Positions 42,750 through 54,257 of a stretch of 64,000 nucleotides of DNA are shown piece by piece; the first letter of the stretch is position 1; each line of letters starts with the position of its first letter. Position numbers and translations under genes: made by a program. Source of the DNA: Eledone cirrhosa (taxonomy: Eukaryota); NCBI GenBank assembly GCA_964016885.1, contig OZ024741.1, positions 34,658,001-34,722,000 of the forward strand. The letters run 5' to 3'. The notes under the pieces are model-generated. The model saw nothing but the letters and a program-made list of their open reading frames with translations. It searched no databases and was not told the origin of the DNA.

Positions 42750-45700
42750 CTACAGAACAATGTAGAGAGAAGGCCCATTTACACGGGCCATTCTCGCTTC
42801 TTTCACCCACCTTTCATAAAACTGTCTGGGACCAAGCACTTCTCTCTCCATCCTGATTCTTCTTCCGAAGTGGTATCGGAAGAAGTAAACCAGGTGATGG
42901 CCGGAGAGAAAGTCACCCGACCTCAGACCTTTCAGGCGCGTCCACCACACAACCTCTTTCATCATGGCTATTACGCACAGAAAGACCGCTTCTGCTTCAT
43001 TTCTGAAGGGAGGAGGCGGCTTGATGTTCACCACAGACTCGGCGGTTAATCGAATCGGCGCCACACGCGACAGCAGTCGTTCGACGTAGCCCCACAGATC
43101 GGCAACGCCCGGGCAGTGTACCAGTGCATGCGCAACGGTTTCCTCGTCGCGCACGCATCTGGGACAGATCTTTTTCGCGGGATCCCTGCCCGGGCGCCCG
43201 TGTCTGTAGAGCTTTTCTCGAACGGGCAGAGCCCCCCGGTAACACTGCCAGGCTAGGGACCTCTGGAAGTTGTCCATGGGTCTCGGGCCGAAAGTTCTAC
43301 CGAACAGGCTGGCCAGTTCGTCCTCCTCCATGCCTAGCGACTCTCCAAGGGTGTCGTCGCCCCTGCTAGCCACCAACCCTCTATAGAATGTCGAGGTGGA
43401 TTCTCCACTGACAGTCGGGTCCGCTTGCCAGATAGCCGTGAGCGCCTGGGCACACTCAGTGTGCCAGTTGCCCAGTTTTCTCGGTCTTTGCTTCACCCAG
43501 GATTGCAGTTCGGTGAGCAAGACGAGCTGTGGGAAGGCTCGCCTCACAAACGGGGCCCACACCGGCTGACCGTTGAGGAATACCTGTAGATGCCGTAGCC
43601 TCAATGCGTGCCTACGCATCAACAGCCACGGCATACCCAGCCCTCCTTTCGAAGGGTGCTGGCAGCAGATGGATCTCCTCACCATGGGAGGCCGCTTCTT
43701 CCAGAGGAACTGGAAGAGCATGCGTTCCATGATGGTGAGCTTTTCCTTGGGGCAAGGCACGACGGTCAGGCGGTAGTAGATGACGGACGCTATGTAAGCG
43801 TTCGTCACCTCCGCCCGACCTTTCAGTGATAGTTTGCACTTGGCCCACTTCTGGGTCAGCGCAAACACCCTGCTCGTCACCTCGCCCCAATTCTTCTCCA
43901 CCTGGAGGTCCGGTCCGAACCAGACCCCGAGCAGCTTCACCGGGCCCTCCGTCCACCGCCCGACGACACCGTCTAACGGCATCGGTTTGCCCCTCCACGT
44001 TCCGAGTTGCAAACCGACTGACTTGTCCTGGTTCAGCTTAGCCCCCGTCAGCCTTTCGTATTCCTCCAGTAGGGTGGCGATCGCCCCGATTTCCGAGGCG
44101 TCCGCCACCATTACTGTTACGTCGTCGGCATAGGCCGAGACCGCTTTGTGCAATCCCGGTTCCAGGGGTATGCCCCGCAGCAACTCCAACTTCCGCAGCA
44201 GTGGCTCGAGAGTCAATACGTACAGAAGGGAGGAGAGGGGGCACCCCTGTCTGATGGATCGGGTGATTTGAAACGGCTCCGAGAGGTAGCCGTTTACTTT
44301 AATCCTAGAGTAGATGTTGCCACTGTGCATGGCAGAAATCCAGCCCCTGAAAACGGGTCCGAAGCCCGCCGCCGCTAGCACCGCATCCAGGTAACCATGG
44401 TCGACCCTATCGAACGCCTTAGATTGATCCAAGTTGATCAGGGCCCCACCAAAGCCGGGTTCGTAGCCAACCCTCTCTATGATGTATCGCATGAGGTGGA
44501 GGTTGTCGTGAATGGACCTGGACGGGATAGCGCATGTCTGCGCGTCTCCCACCAAACCACCCACCACAAGCGCCAACCTCTTCGCCAACACCTTGGCCAA
44601 AATCTGTAACTCTGCATTCAGCAGAGTTATGGGCCTAAAGTTACTTAAGTCGTCCCCCTTGCTCTCGTCCTTCCTCACTAGCGTGACCACGCCCTTGGTC
44701 ACAGAACAGGGAATTCTCCCGTTCTGTTGCCAGTTGCAATAGACAGCCTCGAGGAGTTCGGAGAACAAGACCGGCATAGCTAAATAAAGTTCGTATGGTA
44801 GACCATCGAGACCCGGGGATTTGCGTCTGCTGCATTGGCTGAGCGCTTCCCCGATTTCAGTGGCTGTGATTGGCCCTTCGCAGCACTCCGCTTCGCCGCT
44901 CGAAAGACGCGGTAGACCGTCGAGGTATGGACCGAAGTCCACATCCCCGTCCGGCCCCCCGCCACCTCCGAACAGTCGAGCAAAGTGCCTTTGAAAGGTC
45001 TCGCACATTCGCTCAGGTTCAAGGATCACCCGTCCATCCTGGTCTCGCAAAGACCGAATGGTGGATTTAATCCCACTCTTGGCTTCTGTCACGCGGGCCC
45101 AGCTAACAGCTTTGGTCCCCTCGTTTCCTAAAGCACGTATTTTACTTCGGACAACGCAGCCTTCGTGCTTCGCGTCAAAGAACTGGCTCAATGCCGTTCT
45201 CGTCGCTAACACTCTGGCTACGTCTCCGCTCCTAATCGCCTCTTCTAGTTTATCTGTTAACTCCCTTTCCCTCCTATTTCTATTCGCCGCTAGTTCCTTA
45301 CTGTAACCTATCGAACTTACTCTAATCTCTCTCTTTAGAGATATCCACCACCTACTGTTGACGATCGCTCCCGTCAACCGCATCTTAACTAAGCTACTAA
45401 TCCGGTTTCTGTAATCTTTCTTTGTCGGTAAGGACAAGTTCATCTTCCAGTAACCGGGACCCTGTCTATGCGTTCTATCAAGGTTGACCACGCAGGTCAC
45501 TAATTTGTGATCTGAATAGCCAACCATGATCAGTTCTGGACAACTAAATACGTCCCTATCCTTACTCCTAACCAAAAACCTATCTAGGTACGATCTAGAT
45601 TGTCCACTGCGGTTTGCCCAGGTCCAGGTTGGCGCAGTTGGACAATCTAGTCGAAATCTATCGACCAGGTCGAATCGATCGAGTAACCCCTTGAGGCTGC

Positions 45701-46187
45701 TACACCCCCCTCTATCGGGACATGCCCCTGCATAGTCCCAACGCGCATCTAGGATTCCATTCCAGTCCCCCACTAAAAGCAGGGAACGCGACGTTCCTAG
45801 AAAAGTTTCCAGACGTTGGAAGAAGTCGGCTCTCTCCGCCCCGAGGGGAGCATAAAGACCGACCAGTCTGAAAGCCCCGCCTTCACCACCTCCGACGTCC
45901 AGCACCAGTAATCGACCCCCCGGGTCCGAGTGAACAATCTGTACGTCGAGAGTCAGACGTTTATCCAGCAGTACGGCAACTCCCCACCCGCCTCCGGGTT
46001 GACAGAGAGATGCGTGCATCTCAAAGTCATCGAAGGCGGGCGCCAGCTGTCTCACGCTGCTGATCCGACTCTCGCAAACAACCATCACATCTATACTTTG
46101 TGACCTGAGGTCACTTAGAAGCTTTGCTTGCTTCCAAGCTGAGCTCAGGCCACGCGCGTTCAAACAGCCAACTCTCAATTGATCTAT
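42750..46187 (-). CDS. Tx1-like ORF2: APE endonuclease, reverse transcriptase and CCHC finger
   Basis: LNARG, GDWN, YLDR, SDH (APE); KSPGLDG, FRPITLLN, DQSKAFDRV, RQGCPLS, YADD (RT); CPRC..HALVHC; uninterrupted, but the start position is ATA. Confidence 0.92.
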   Translation of the reverse strand: MDQLRVGCLNARGLSSAWKQAKLLSDLRSQSIDVMVVCESRISSVRQLAPAFDDFEMHASLCQPGGGWGVAVLLDKRLTLDVQIVHSDPGGRLLVLDVGGGEGGAFRLVGLYAPLGAERADFFQRLETFLGTSRSLLLVGDWNGILDARWDYAGACPDRGGCSSLKGLLDRFDLVDRFRLDCPTAPTWTWANRSGQSRSYLDRFLVRSKDRDVFSCPELIMVGYSDHKLVTCVVNLDRTHRQGPGYWKMNLSLPTKKDYRNRISSLVKMRLTGAIVNSRWWISLKREIRVSSIGYSKELAANRNRRERELTDKLEEAIRSGDVARVLATRTALSQFFDAKHEGCVVRSKIRALGNEGTKAVSWARVTEAKSGIKSTIRSLRDQDGRVILEPERMCETFQRHFARLFGGGGGPDGDVDFGPYLDGLPRLSSGEAECCEGPITATEIGEALSQCSRRKSPGLDGLPYELYLAMPVLFSELLEAVYCNWQQNGRIPCSVTKGVVTLVRKDESKGDDLSNFRPITLLNAELQILAKVLAKRLALVVGGLVGDAQTCAIPSRSIHDNLHLMRYIIERVGYEPGFGGALINLDQSKAFDRVDHGYLDAVLAAAGFGPVFRGWISAMHSGNIYSRIKVNGYLSEPFQITRSIRQGCPLSSLLYVLTLEPLLRKLELLRGIPLEPGLHKAVSAYADDVTVMVADASEIGAIATLLEEYERLTGAKLNQDKSVGLQLGTWRGKPMPLDGVVGRWTEGPVKLLGVWFGPDLQVEKNWGEVTSRVFALTQKWAKCKLSLKGRAEVTNAYIASVIYYRLTVVPCPKEKLTIMERMLFQFLWKKRPPMVRRSICCQHPSKGGLGMPWLLMRRHALRLRHLQVFLNGQPVWAPFVRRAFPQLVLLTELQSWVKQRPRKLGNWHTECAQALTAIWQADPTVSGESTSTFYRGLVASRGDDTLGESLGMEEDELASLFGRTFGPRPMDNFQRSLAWQCYRGALPVREKLYRHGRPGRDPAKKICPRCVRDEETVAHALVHCPGVADLWGYVERLLSRVAPIRLTAESVVNIKPPPPFRNEAEAVFLCVIAMMKEVVWWTRLKGLRSGDFLSGHHLVYFFRYHFGRRIRMEREVLGPRQFYERWVKEARMARVNGPSLYIVL

Positions 46188-48019
46188 TTTGGTGTTGAAA
46201 GTGAAGAAAGAAAAGCACTTACCTCTCCGGGTTGCGTAATTTCCATGGCATCAGGTGTGTTGGGTGGAGGGATGTTTTGTGGTGGTGTGGGGGTACACGT
46301 GTGTGGTGGGGTTGGGGTATTTGGAGTTGTGTCAGGGAGAGGGGCGGTTATGGGGAAATCTTTCAAGAGGACGCGATTCAACGGTTTTAAACAGGGGGGG
46401 CTCACGTCCCGTCTAAATTGTTCTTTTAAGGAACGATAAAGGTCCAGAGGGACCTTTATCATTTTTAAATGGGTGAAGTTCTCTGTTGAGATAAAGTTTG
46501 GCCCTTCGGTCTGCACCATAGGGTTATTGTTTATTAATTTAACCAGTTTTTTGTTTTCTTTATTTATATATGTGTATTGCAACGTCTTTTTTTGTGATGC
46601 TGTCAATGTTTCGGAGAGGGGAGGCGCAGATTTATTTTTGTTTGTTGAGGGTGGGGTGTTTTTGATTGGAGTTGGTGTTTGTGTGTGGGTTATTTGTGGT
46701 GTGCTGGGTGTGTGTTTTCTTTTTTTTCTTTTAACTTGTCTGAAGGCTTCTCCTCCTTCTTCTTCAGAAGTTGGGGGAAACTCTTCAGCGCTAGGTGGGA
46801 GGGACGTGTTGTGTGGTTGTTTTTTTTTTGCGGGAGGGGTAGATTTGTTACTGTTTTTTTTATTATTTGTTTGGAATGGGTTTTGTGGTGGTGGTGGTGG
46901 TAATGTTTGTGTCGTGCTTGTGGTTGGTAATGGTGGTGGTGATGTTTGTGTTGTGGTTGGTGGTGGTGATTTTTGTGTCGTGCTTGTGTTTGGTGCTGGT
47001 GGTGGTGATGTTTGTGTTGTGTTTGTGGTTGGTGGTGTCTGTATTTTGTTTGCTGTGTGTGGTATTAGTGTATTTTTGGAGGTGGGTGGTGCTGGTGTAC
47101 TGTTTGTGGTGGGTGTGGGCAATAGTCCTTTTTGGGGGATACGTTTCGGGCAGTTAGCCTTAACGTGTCCCCTTTCCATGCATAAATAGCATGCTGGTCT
47201 TCTCCCCTCTACAATTATGTCTATTGGGGTAAGGTCATCCAGCCAGATGCGATCCGGGATTTGTGCTATTCTTTCGGGCCTCATTTGGACTAGTATGTCG
47301 AGGCCCATTCCCAGGAACGCATCTCCAGTTGCCTTCCCCATTGACAGCATAGTGTCTTCGCCCATATCAATGAAGCCAGCAATAGCCCACCAGAAGTCCA
47401 TTGTGGGCAGCATTGTTTTTACTTTTACCCTCTGTGTTCTTCTACCCATGTAGGAGGGATAGAAGCTATATGTTGTCGACGAGAGTGGGCTTAGGGAAAG
47501 CTGAACCGCCGTTTCTTTGTCTCTTGTTAGGACCGAAATGCTGCCATAGAGTCGGTCCTTTCGTATGAAGAGAATATTCTTCATATAGTCTTTTAGGACT
47601 AACTCTATTTCCATTTGGCTGGGCTGTGCTGGCTTTCTTGACTGGTTTAGTATAGTTCTGTATATAACTGTGTTTTCTGCTCTGGCTTTCTTGAATTCTG
47701 GGGGGGAGTTAATGGAAAACATTCCGTTCTCCCCCAAAACAATATGTTTCTTTGCTTCGGCCAGTTTTTCTCTGGCGGCAGTTAGGTCAATTGGTGTGTA
47801 TGTAATGGATTGCTTTGTTTTCTGGGCGAAAGTTGCCCTGTCGTTATTTGTATTATTTTCTGTTTGTTTGTTTTCTGTTTGCTCATTTTCCTTAACATTT
47901 GTTTTTTCATTTTGTTTGTTTGTTTCAATGTCTAATTTTGTTGTAATTATTTTTTGTTCTTCAGACTTGGGGGGCGTGGCAGAGCTAATGGCAGACATGT
48001 CTGCCATCTTTTCCGCCAT
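46184..48019 (-). CDS. Tx1-like ORF1 (zinc-knuckle RNA-binding protein)
   Basis: CYLCMERGHVKANC CCHC knuckle, Pro/Thr-rich linker and basic KRKKRK; homologous to ORF1 of copy B. Confidence 0.88.
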   Translation of the reverse strand: MAEKMADMSAISSATPPKSEEQKIITTKLDIETNKQNEKTNVKENEQTENKQTENNTNNDRATFAQKTKQSITYTPIDLTAAREKLAEAKKHIVLGENGMFSINSPPEFKKARAENTVIYRTILNQSRKPAQPSQMEIELVLKDYMKNILFIRKDRLYGSISVLTRDKETAVQLSLSPLSSTTYSFYPSYMGRRTQRVKVKTMLPTMDFWWAIAGFIDMGEDTMLSMGKATGDAFLGMGLDILVQMRPERIAQIPDRIWLDDLTPIDIIVEGRRPACYLCMERGHVKANCPKRIPQKGLLPTPTTNSTPAPPTSKNTLIPHTANKIQTPPTTNTTQTSPPPAPNTSTTQKSPPPTTTQTSPPPLPTTSTTQTLPPPPPQNPFQTNNKKNSNKSTPPAKKKQPHNTSLPPSAEEFPPTSEEEGGEAFRQVKRKKRKHTPSTPQITHTQTPTPIKNTPPSTNKNKSAPPLSETLTASQKKTLQYTYINKENKKLVKLINNNPMVQTEGPNFISTENFTHLKMIKVPLDLYRSLKEQFRRDVSPPCLKPLNRVLLKDFPITAPLPDTTPNTPTPPHTCTPTPPQNIPPPNTPDAMEITQPGEVSAFLSSLSTPK

Positions 48020-48220
48020 GCTGCCAAGAAAGAAATTTTTCGGCAAAAATAGATATTTATTTTACCCCCTAAAAAGGGGGTAAATGCAAAAATGTTTCCC
48101 TAAATAACAGGGGTTAGTGTTCCAAATGTGTTGCACTAAAAAATTTATCCGGTACTTACAATAGTAAGGGTAAATCCCGATGGAATAGCGGAGCCGATGC
48201 GAAGCGTGTCTTACTCTATC

Positions 48221-48255
<35 letters not shown>

Positions 48256-48487
48256 ATAAATAGATAGATATATTTCTTTATTTACCATAAAGGCATAAAA
48301 AGAAGGGACAAATACAAAGGGGGAGTTTACATATAATCGAGTAAAAAGGGTGTAACATGAAAATAATCGAAAATAACCTCAAAAGGGAGGCGACGTGATG
48401 GGGGTTGCACACACCTCCGAAAAAGTGTGCAATCCTTTGCCCGGGGAGCACATGGAGAAGGTGCTCCCCTCTCCTTTACTTCTTTAC

Positions 48488-51400
48488 CTACAGGATGGTA
48501 TACAGAGAAGGCCCACTTACACGAGCCATTCTCGTCACTATCACCCACCTTTCATAAAACTGCCTGTGGCCAAGCACCTCTCTCTCCATTCTTATCCTTC
48601 TTCCGAAGTGATATCGGAAGAAGTAGACCAGACTATGGCCAGAGAGGAAGGTGCCTGACCTCAGACCTTGCAATCGTGTCCACCAAACAACCTCTTTCAA
48701 CATGGCTATTACGCACAGAAAAACCGCCTTTGCTTCCTTTGTGAAGAGGGGAGGCGGTTTGATTGTCATCACGGAGGACTCGGCGGTCAATTTAATCGGC
48801 GCCACCCGCGACAGCAGTCGTTCGGCGTAGCCCCACAGATCAGCCACGCCCGGACATTGCACCAATGCGTGCGCAACGGTTTCTTCGTGACGCACGCATC
48901 TAGGGCAAATCTTTTTTGAGGGATCCCTGCCCGGGCGCCCGTGTCTGTAGAGCCTCTCTCGAACGGGTAGAGCCCCCCCGGTAGCACTGCCAGGCCAGTG
49001 ACTTCTGGAAGTTGTCCATTGGTTCTGGGCCGAAAGTCCTACCGAACAGGCTGGCCAGTTCGTCTTCTTCCATGTCCAGCGACTCTCCAAGGGTGTCATC
49101 GCCCCTGCTAGCCACCAGCCCTCTATAGAATGATGAGGTGGATTCTCCACCGATGGCCTGGCCCGCTTGCCAGAGAGCCCTGAGCGCCTGAGCACACTCA
49201 GTGTGCCAGTCTCCCAGTTTTCCGGATCTTTGCTTGACCCAGGACTGTAGCTCGGTGAGCGAGACGAGTCTCGGAAAGGCTCGTTTCACGAACGGAGCCC
49301 ACACCGGTTGACCAGTGAGGAATACCTGTAGGTGCCGTAGCCTTAATGCGTGCCTACGCATCATCAACCACGGCATCCCCAGCCCTCCTTTCGAAGGTTG
49401 TTGGCAGCAGATGGATCTTCTCACCATAGGAGGGCGCTTCTTCCAAAGAAATTGGAAGAGCATGCGTTCCATGGTGGTGAGTGTTTCCTTGGGGCAAGGC
49501 ACGACAGTCAGGTGGTAGTAAGTGACGGACGCTATGTAAATGTTCGCCACCTCCGCCCGGCCTTTTAGGGACAGCTTACACTTGGCCCATTTCTGGGTTA
49601 GTGCAAACACCTTGTTCGTAACCTCGTTCCAGTTCTTTTCCACCTGGAGGTCCGGTCCAAACCAGACCCCAAGCAACTTTACCGGGCCCTCCGTCCAGTC
49701 TCCGACGACACCGTCAGGAGGCATCGGTCTGCCTCTCCACGTTCCGAGTTGCAGCCCGATGGATTTTTCCCGGTTCAGTTTCGCTCCTGACAACCTTTCG
49801 TACTCCTCCAGTAAGGTACCGATCGCCTCGATCTCCGAGTCGGTCGATACCATTACTGTTACGTCATCGGCGTAGGCCGACACCACTTTGCTCAATCCTG
49901 GTTCCAGGGGGATACCCTACAACAACTCCAACTTCCTCAGTAAAGGCTCGAGAGTCAATACGTACAGAAGGGAGGAGAGAGGGCACCCCTGTCGAATGGA
50001 TCGTGTGATTTCGAACGGCTTCGAAAGGTAGCCGTTCACCTTGATCCTAGAACAGATGTGGTTGCTATGTAAGGCAGTGATCCAGCCTCTGAAAACAGGA
50101 CCGAACCCAGCCGCCGCTAGCACCGCATCCAGGTAACCATGGTCGACCCTATCGAAGGCCTTAGACTGATCCAAGTTGATCAGGGCCCCACCGAAGCCGG
50201 GTTTGTTGCCAACCCTCTCTATGATGTATCGCATGAGGTGGAGGTTATCGTGAATGGACCTGGATGGGATAGCACATGTTTGCGCATCTCCCACCAGGCC
50301 ACCCACGACAAGCGCCAACCTCTTTGCTAACACCTTGGCCAAAATCTTTAACTCTGTGTTTAGCAGGGTTATGGGCCGAAAATTATTTATACTATCTCCC
50401 TTGTTCTCGTCCTTCCTCACCAGCGTGACTACGCCCTTGGCTACAGAACAAGGAATTCTCCCGTTCTGCTGCCAATTGCAGTAGACCGCTTCGAGGAGTT
50501 CGGAGAAGAAGACCGGCATTGCTAAATAAAGTTCGTAAGGTATACCATCGAGACCTGGAGATTTGCGTCTGCTGCATTGGCTCAGCGCATCTCCGATTTC
50601 ATCAGCCGAGATTGGTCCCTCGCAGGACTCTGCCTCTTCGCTCGAGAGACGCGGCAGGCCGTCGAGGTATGGACCGAAATCCACGCCCCCGCCCGGACCC
50701 CCGCCTCCCCCGAACAATCGGGCAAAGTGCCTTTGAAAGGCCTCGCACATCTGCTTAGGCTCCCGGATCACCCGTCCATCTTCGTCTTGCAACGACCGGA
50801 TGGTGGATCGATTTCCACTCTTAGCTTCTGTCACGCGGGCCCAGCCAACGGCTTTGGCCTCCTCATTACCTAGAGCACGTATTTTACTTCGAATGACGCA
50901 GCCTTCGTGCTTTGCATCGAAAAACTGGTTCAAGGCCGTCCTCGATGCCAGCACTCTGGCCACATCTTCGCTCTTGATTGCCTCTTCTAATTTACCTGTT
51001 AATTCTTTCTCGTTTCTATTCCTATCGGCAGCTAACATCTTGCTATAACTTATTGATTCTGTTCTAATCTCTCTTTTGAGAGATGCCCACCATCGGTTGT
51101 TGACGATTGCACCCGTCAACCTCTCCTTAACTAATCTGCTAATCCGGTTTCTGTAAGTCTCTTTTGCCGGTAAAGACAAATTAAGTTTCCAGTAACCGGG
51201 ACCCTGTCTATGTGTTTTCTCGAGATTGACTACGCAGGTCACTAATTTGTGATCCGTGTAGCCAACCGTGCGCATTTCTGAACAGCTTAATATGTCCCTA
51301 TCCTTATTTCTAACTAAGAATCTATCTAAGTACGATCTAGATTGACCACTGTGGTTTCTCCAAGTCCAGGTAGGCACAGTTGGAAAATCTAGTCGATATC

Positions 51401-51929
51401 TATCGACCAAGTTAAAACGGTCGAGTAACCCCTTGAGGCTGTTACACCCCCCTCTATTAGGACATGCTCCTGCATAGTCCCAACGTGCATCTAGGATGTC
51501 ATTCCAATCCCCCGCTAGAAGCAGGGAACGCGACGTTCCCAGAAAAGTCTCCAAACGCTGGAAGAAGTCGGGCCGTTCAGCTCCGAAAGGGGAGTAGACG
51601 GCGACCAGTCTCAAGGCCGCACTTTCACTACCGCCAACGTCTAGCACCAACAAACGACCCTCCGGGTCCGAGTGCACAACCTGTACGGCAAGACCCAGGT
51701 GTTTTTGCAGCAGTACGACAACTCCACCCCCATCTTCAGGTTGACAGAGAGATGCATGCACCTCAAAGTCATCGAAGGTGGGGGCCAGCTGCCGCACGAC
51801 GCTGATTCGAGTCTCACAGATAACCATTACATTTATACTACATGACCTGAGGTCATTTAGAAGCTTTGCTTGCTTCCAAGTTGAGCCCAGGCCACGTGCA
51901 TTCAAACATCCTACTCTTAACACATCCAT
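48488..51929 (-). pseudogene. Tx1-like ORF2 with one nonsense codon (49917-49919) and one frameshift (about 48975)
   Basis: Three ORF pieces align collinearly to copy A ORF2. Confidence 0.88.
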
Positions 51930-51962
51930 GTGGTCGGCAGAGCCAAAGGCGAGTGTAGAGAC

Positions 51963-53864
51963 CTACCTTTCCGCTTCCCGGGGTTCGGGTTGCACGACTT
52001 CCATGGGGTCGGGGGTGTTGGGTGAAGGGGTGTCTTGTGGTGGTGTGGGGTCGTCAGTGTGTGGTGGGGTTGGGGTGTTTGGAGTTGTGTTGGGGAGGGG
52101 AAGGGGAGGGGGAAAGCTTTTTAGTAGGACGCGGTTTATGGGTTTGACAGAGGGTGGTCCTACGTCCTCCTTAAAATCCTTTTTTAGTTTTTGGTAGAGG
52201 TTCATTGGGATCTTTATTAATTTTAAATGTGGGTAGTTTTCTGAAGAAACAAAGTTTACACCTTCGGTTTGTACCGAAGGATTATTGTATATGAGTTCAT
52301 TTAATTTATTATTGTTTCTGTTGATGTAAGTATAGTGTAATGTCTTTTTTTCGGATGGTGTGAGCGTTTCGAAGAGGGGAGGGGCAGGTTTGGTTTTGTT
52401 TGTTGCTGGAGGGGTGTTTTCTGTTTTGTTGGATTGTGTTGAGATTTGGGTGGGGGTTGTTTGGCCTTGTGTGTTTTGCACATGTTTTCTTTTTTTCCTT
52501 TTAATCTGTCTGAAGGACTCCGTTTCTTCCTCCGAATTCGTTGGGTTATCTTCAGTGTTGGAGGGAAGAGGTATGTTTGCTGGTAATGTTTCCGTGTTGG
52601 TTTTCTTTGTGGGGGAGATGGATGTCACTATGTTAGACTGTGTTGTGTGTTGTGTCTGCGGTGGTTGTGTTGTTTTATTGAGTGAGAGGTTGGGTGGGCC
52701 TGTATTTTGTTTTGGGGTAATGTGTTGTGACTGTTTGTGCTGTGGTGGTGGTGTGGTTTTACTGAGGGTCGGGTTGGGTGGGACTGAGTTTTGTTGTTTG
52801 TTTATCTGTTGTGGTGGTGGTGGTGGAGCTGGTGTTGGTAGCAGGGTTTTCTTTTTGTTGAGTTGGGGACAAGCGGCCTTCAGGTGCCCTCTGCCTGCAC
52901 AGATATGGCAGGACGGCCTTCTCCCCTCCACGCTAATGTTTATATACCCGTGGTCCTCTAATAGGATTCTGTCGGGTATTTGGGCGATGCGTTCAGGCTT
53001 CATTTGCACTACCAGCTTTATACCTGTTCCACTGAACGCATTGCCTGTGGTTTTCTCAATGGAAATCACGTTGTCATTCACTGGATCGATGAAGCCAGCT
53101 ATGAGCCAGCAGTAGTCCACATCTGGCATCATTGCATCCAGCCATATGCGTTGAGTTCTTTTACCCATATAAGATGGATAAAAGGTAAAATTTTTCGAAC
53201 GAATCGGTGACAAAGCACATTTTTTTGCCGCCGATTCGTTCTTCATGATAATTGCTAGGCTTCCATACAGTCTGTCTTTTCTTATGAAAGTGGTTTCATT
53301 AAGTACTTCTGTGAGTACTGTTTTGATATCTGCTTGAGAAGGCTGTTCAGGTTTTTTTGTACTGTTGTTGATGGTCCGAAACTTGACCGTTCGGCTTTCA
53401 ATGTCTTTGGTGAATTCTTGAGGCATTTTTACCGATAAAATACCATTCTCTCCTTCACTTATGTATTGTTTGGCGTCTGTGATCCTTCGTGCCACATCTG
53501 AAATATTTTCCGGTACATAAGTCAAAGATTTCTTTGTTTTCTGTGCAAATGAAATCTTGTCGTCTGCTTTGCTTTCTGTTATGGTGTTATTTTCAAATGT
53601 TATTTTTGTGTTTGTTGTGTCTTTGTTTGTGTTATTAGTATTGTCATGCAATTTTTCAAATTTTTTTTTTTCGTTGTTGGAATCCATGTCCAGATTTGTG
53701 TTTTCGTCATTTTTTTTCTCCGCAGATTCGTCTGTTTTTATTTTAATTTTTCCTTCCTTCTCTATGACGTTAGTTGGGAAGGAAGGGGGGGGGACTAAAG
53801 CGTACGAGCTTACAACTCTTACCGCTGTCCCCCCACCACTATTTTCGTTCGCTGCGTTTAACAT
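51963..53864 (-). CDS. Tx1-like ORF1
   Basis: CHICAGRGHLKAAC knuckle; shares FIRKDRLYGS, FYPSYMG and ERIAQIPDRI with copy A. Confidence 0.88.
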   Translation of the reverse strand: MLNAANENSGGGTAVRVVSSYALVPPPSFPTNVIEKEGKIKIKTDESAEKKNDENTNLDMDSNNEKKKFEKLHDNTNNTNKDTTNTKITFENNTITESKADDKISFAQKTKKSLTYVPENISDVARRITDAKQYISEGENGILSVKMPQEFTKDIESRTVKFRTINNSTKKPEQPSQADIKTVLTEVLNETTFIRKDRLYGSLAIIMKNESAAKKCALSPIRSKNFTFYPSYMGKRTQRIWLDAMMPDVDYCWLIAGFIDPVNDNVISIEKTTGNAFSGTGIKLVVQMKPERIAQIPDRILLEDHGYINISVEGRRPSCHICAGRGHLKAACPQLNKKKTLLPTPAPPPPPQQINKQQNSVPPNPTLSKTTPPPQHKQSQHITPKQNTGPPNLSLNKTTQPPQTQHTTQSNIVTSISPTKKTNTETLPANIPLPSNTEDNPTNSEEETESFRQIKRKKRKHVQNTQGQTTPTQISTQSNKTENTPPATNKTKPAPPLFETLTPSEKKTLHYTYINRNNNKLNELIYNNPSVQTEGVNFVSSENYPHLKLIKIPMNLYQKLKKDFKEDVGPPSVKPINRVLLKSFPPPLPLPNTTPNTPTPPHTDDPTPPQDTPSPNTPDPMEVVQPEPREAER

Positions 53865-54099
53865 TTCTGTTAGACGATTGAAATTTGTTTGCCACAAAAT
53901 TTTTTAAAACAGGTTTTTCACCTCTAGGAGGGGTAAAGATGAGCTGACCCACCGCCTGACAGTTCAGACGGGGGTCAAGCTACACAATTGTATCAAAATT
54001 AAGTTTGAACTCACAAAATTTCCTCAATAAATTTGAACAAAACTTCTGCGCGAAGTGAATTACATCCACACTGTAGAACAGACGACAGCTAGATTATAT

Positions 54100-54145
54100 A
54101 AATAAATAGATAGATAGATAGATAGATAAATAGTTAGATAGTTAG

Positions 54146-54199
<54 letters not shown>

Positions 54200-54257
54200 A
54201 TAAATAGATAGATAGATAGATAAATAAATAGATAGATAAATAGTTAGATAGATAGAT

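Larger units (their letters stand above)
42519..48222 (-). mobile_element. Full-length Tx1/L1-clade LINE, copy A
   Basis: ORF1 plus ORF2 with 5' and 3' UTRs, bounded by (GATA)n on both sides. Confidence 0.92.
48271..54092 (-). mobile_element. Full-length Tx1/L1-clade LINE, copy B (diverged subfamily)
   Basis: Same architecture as copy A, bounded by (GATA)n. Confidence 0.9.

Noticed and set aside
46184-46222. 39-nt GT-AG intron fusing ORF1 and ORF2
   Set aside because: Very short, and splicing would lead to an in-frame TGA rather than into ORF2
43124-53907. Plus-strand ORFs within the Tx1 copies
   Set aside because: Antisense shadows of GC-rich or low-complexity coding sequence
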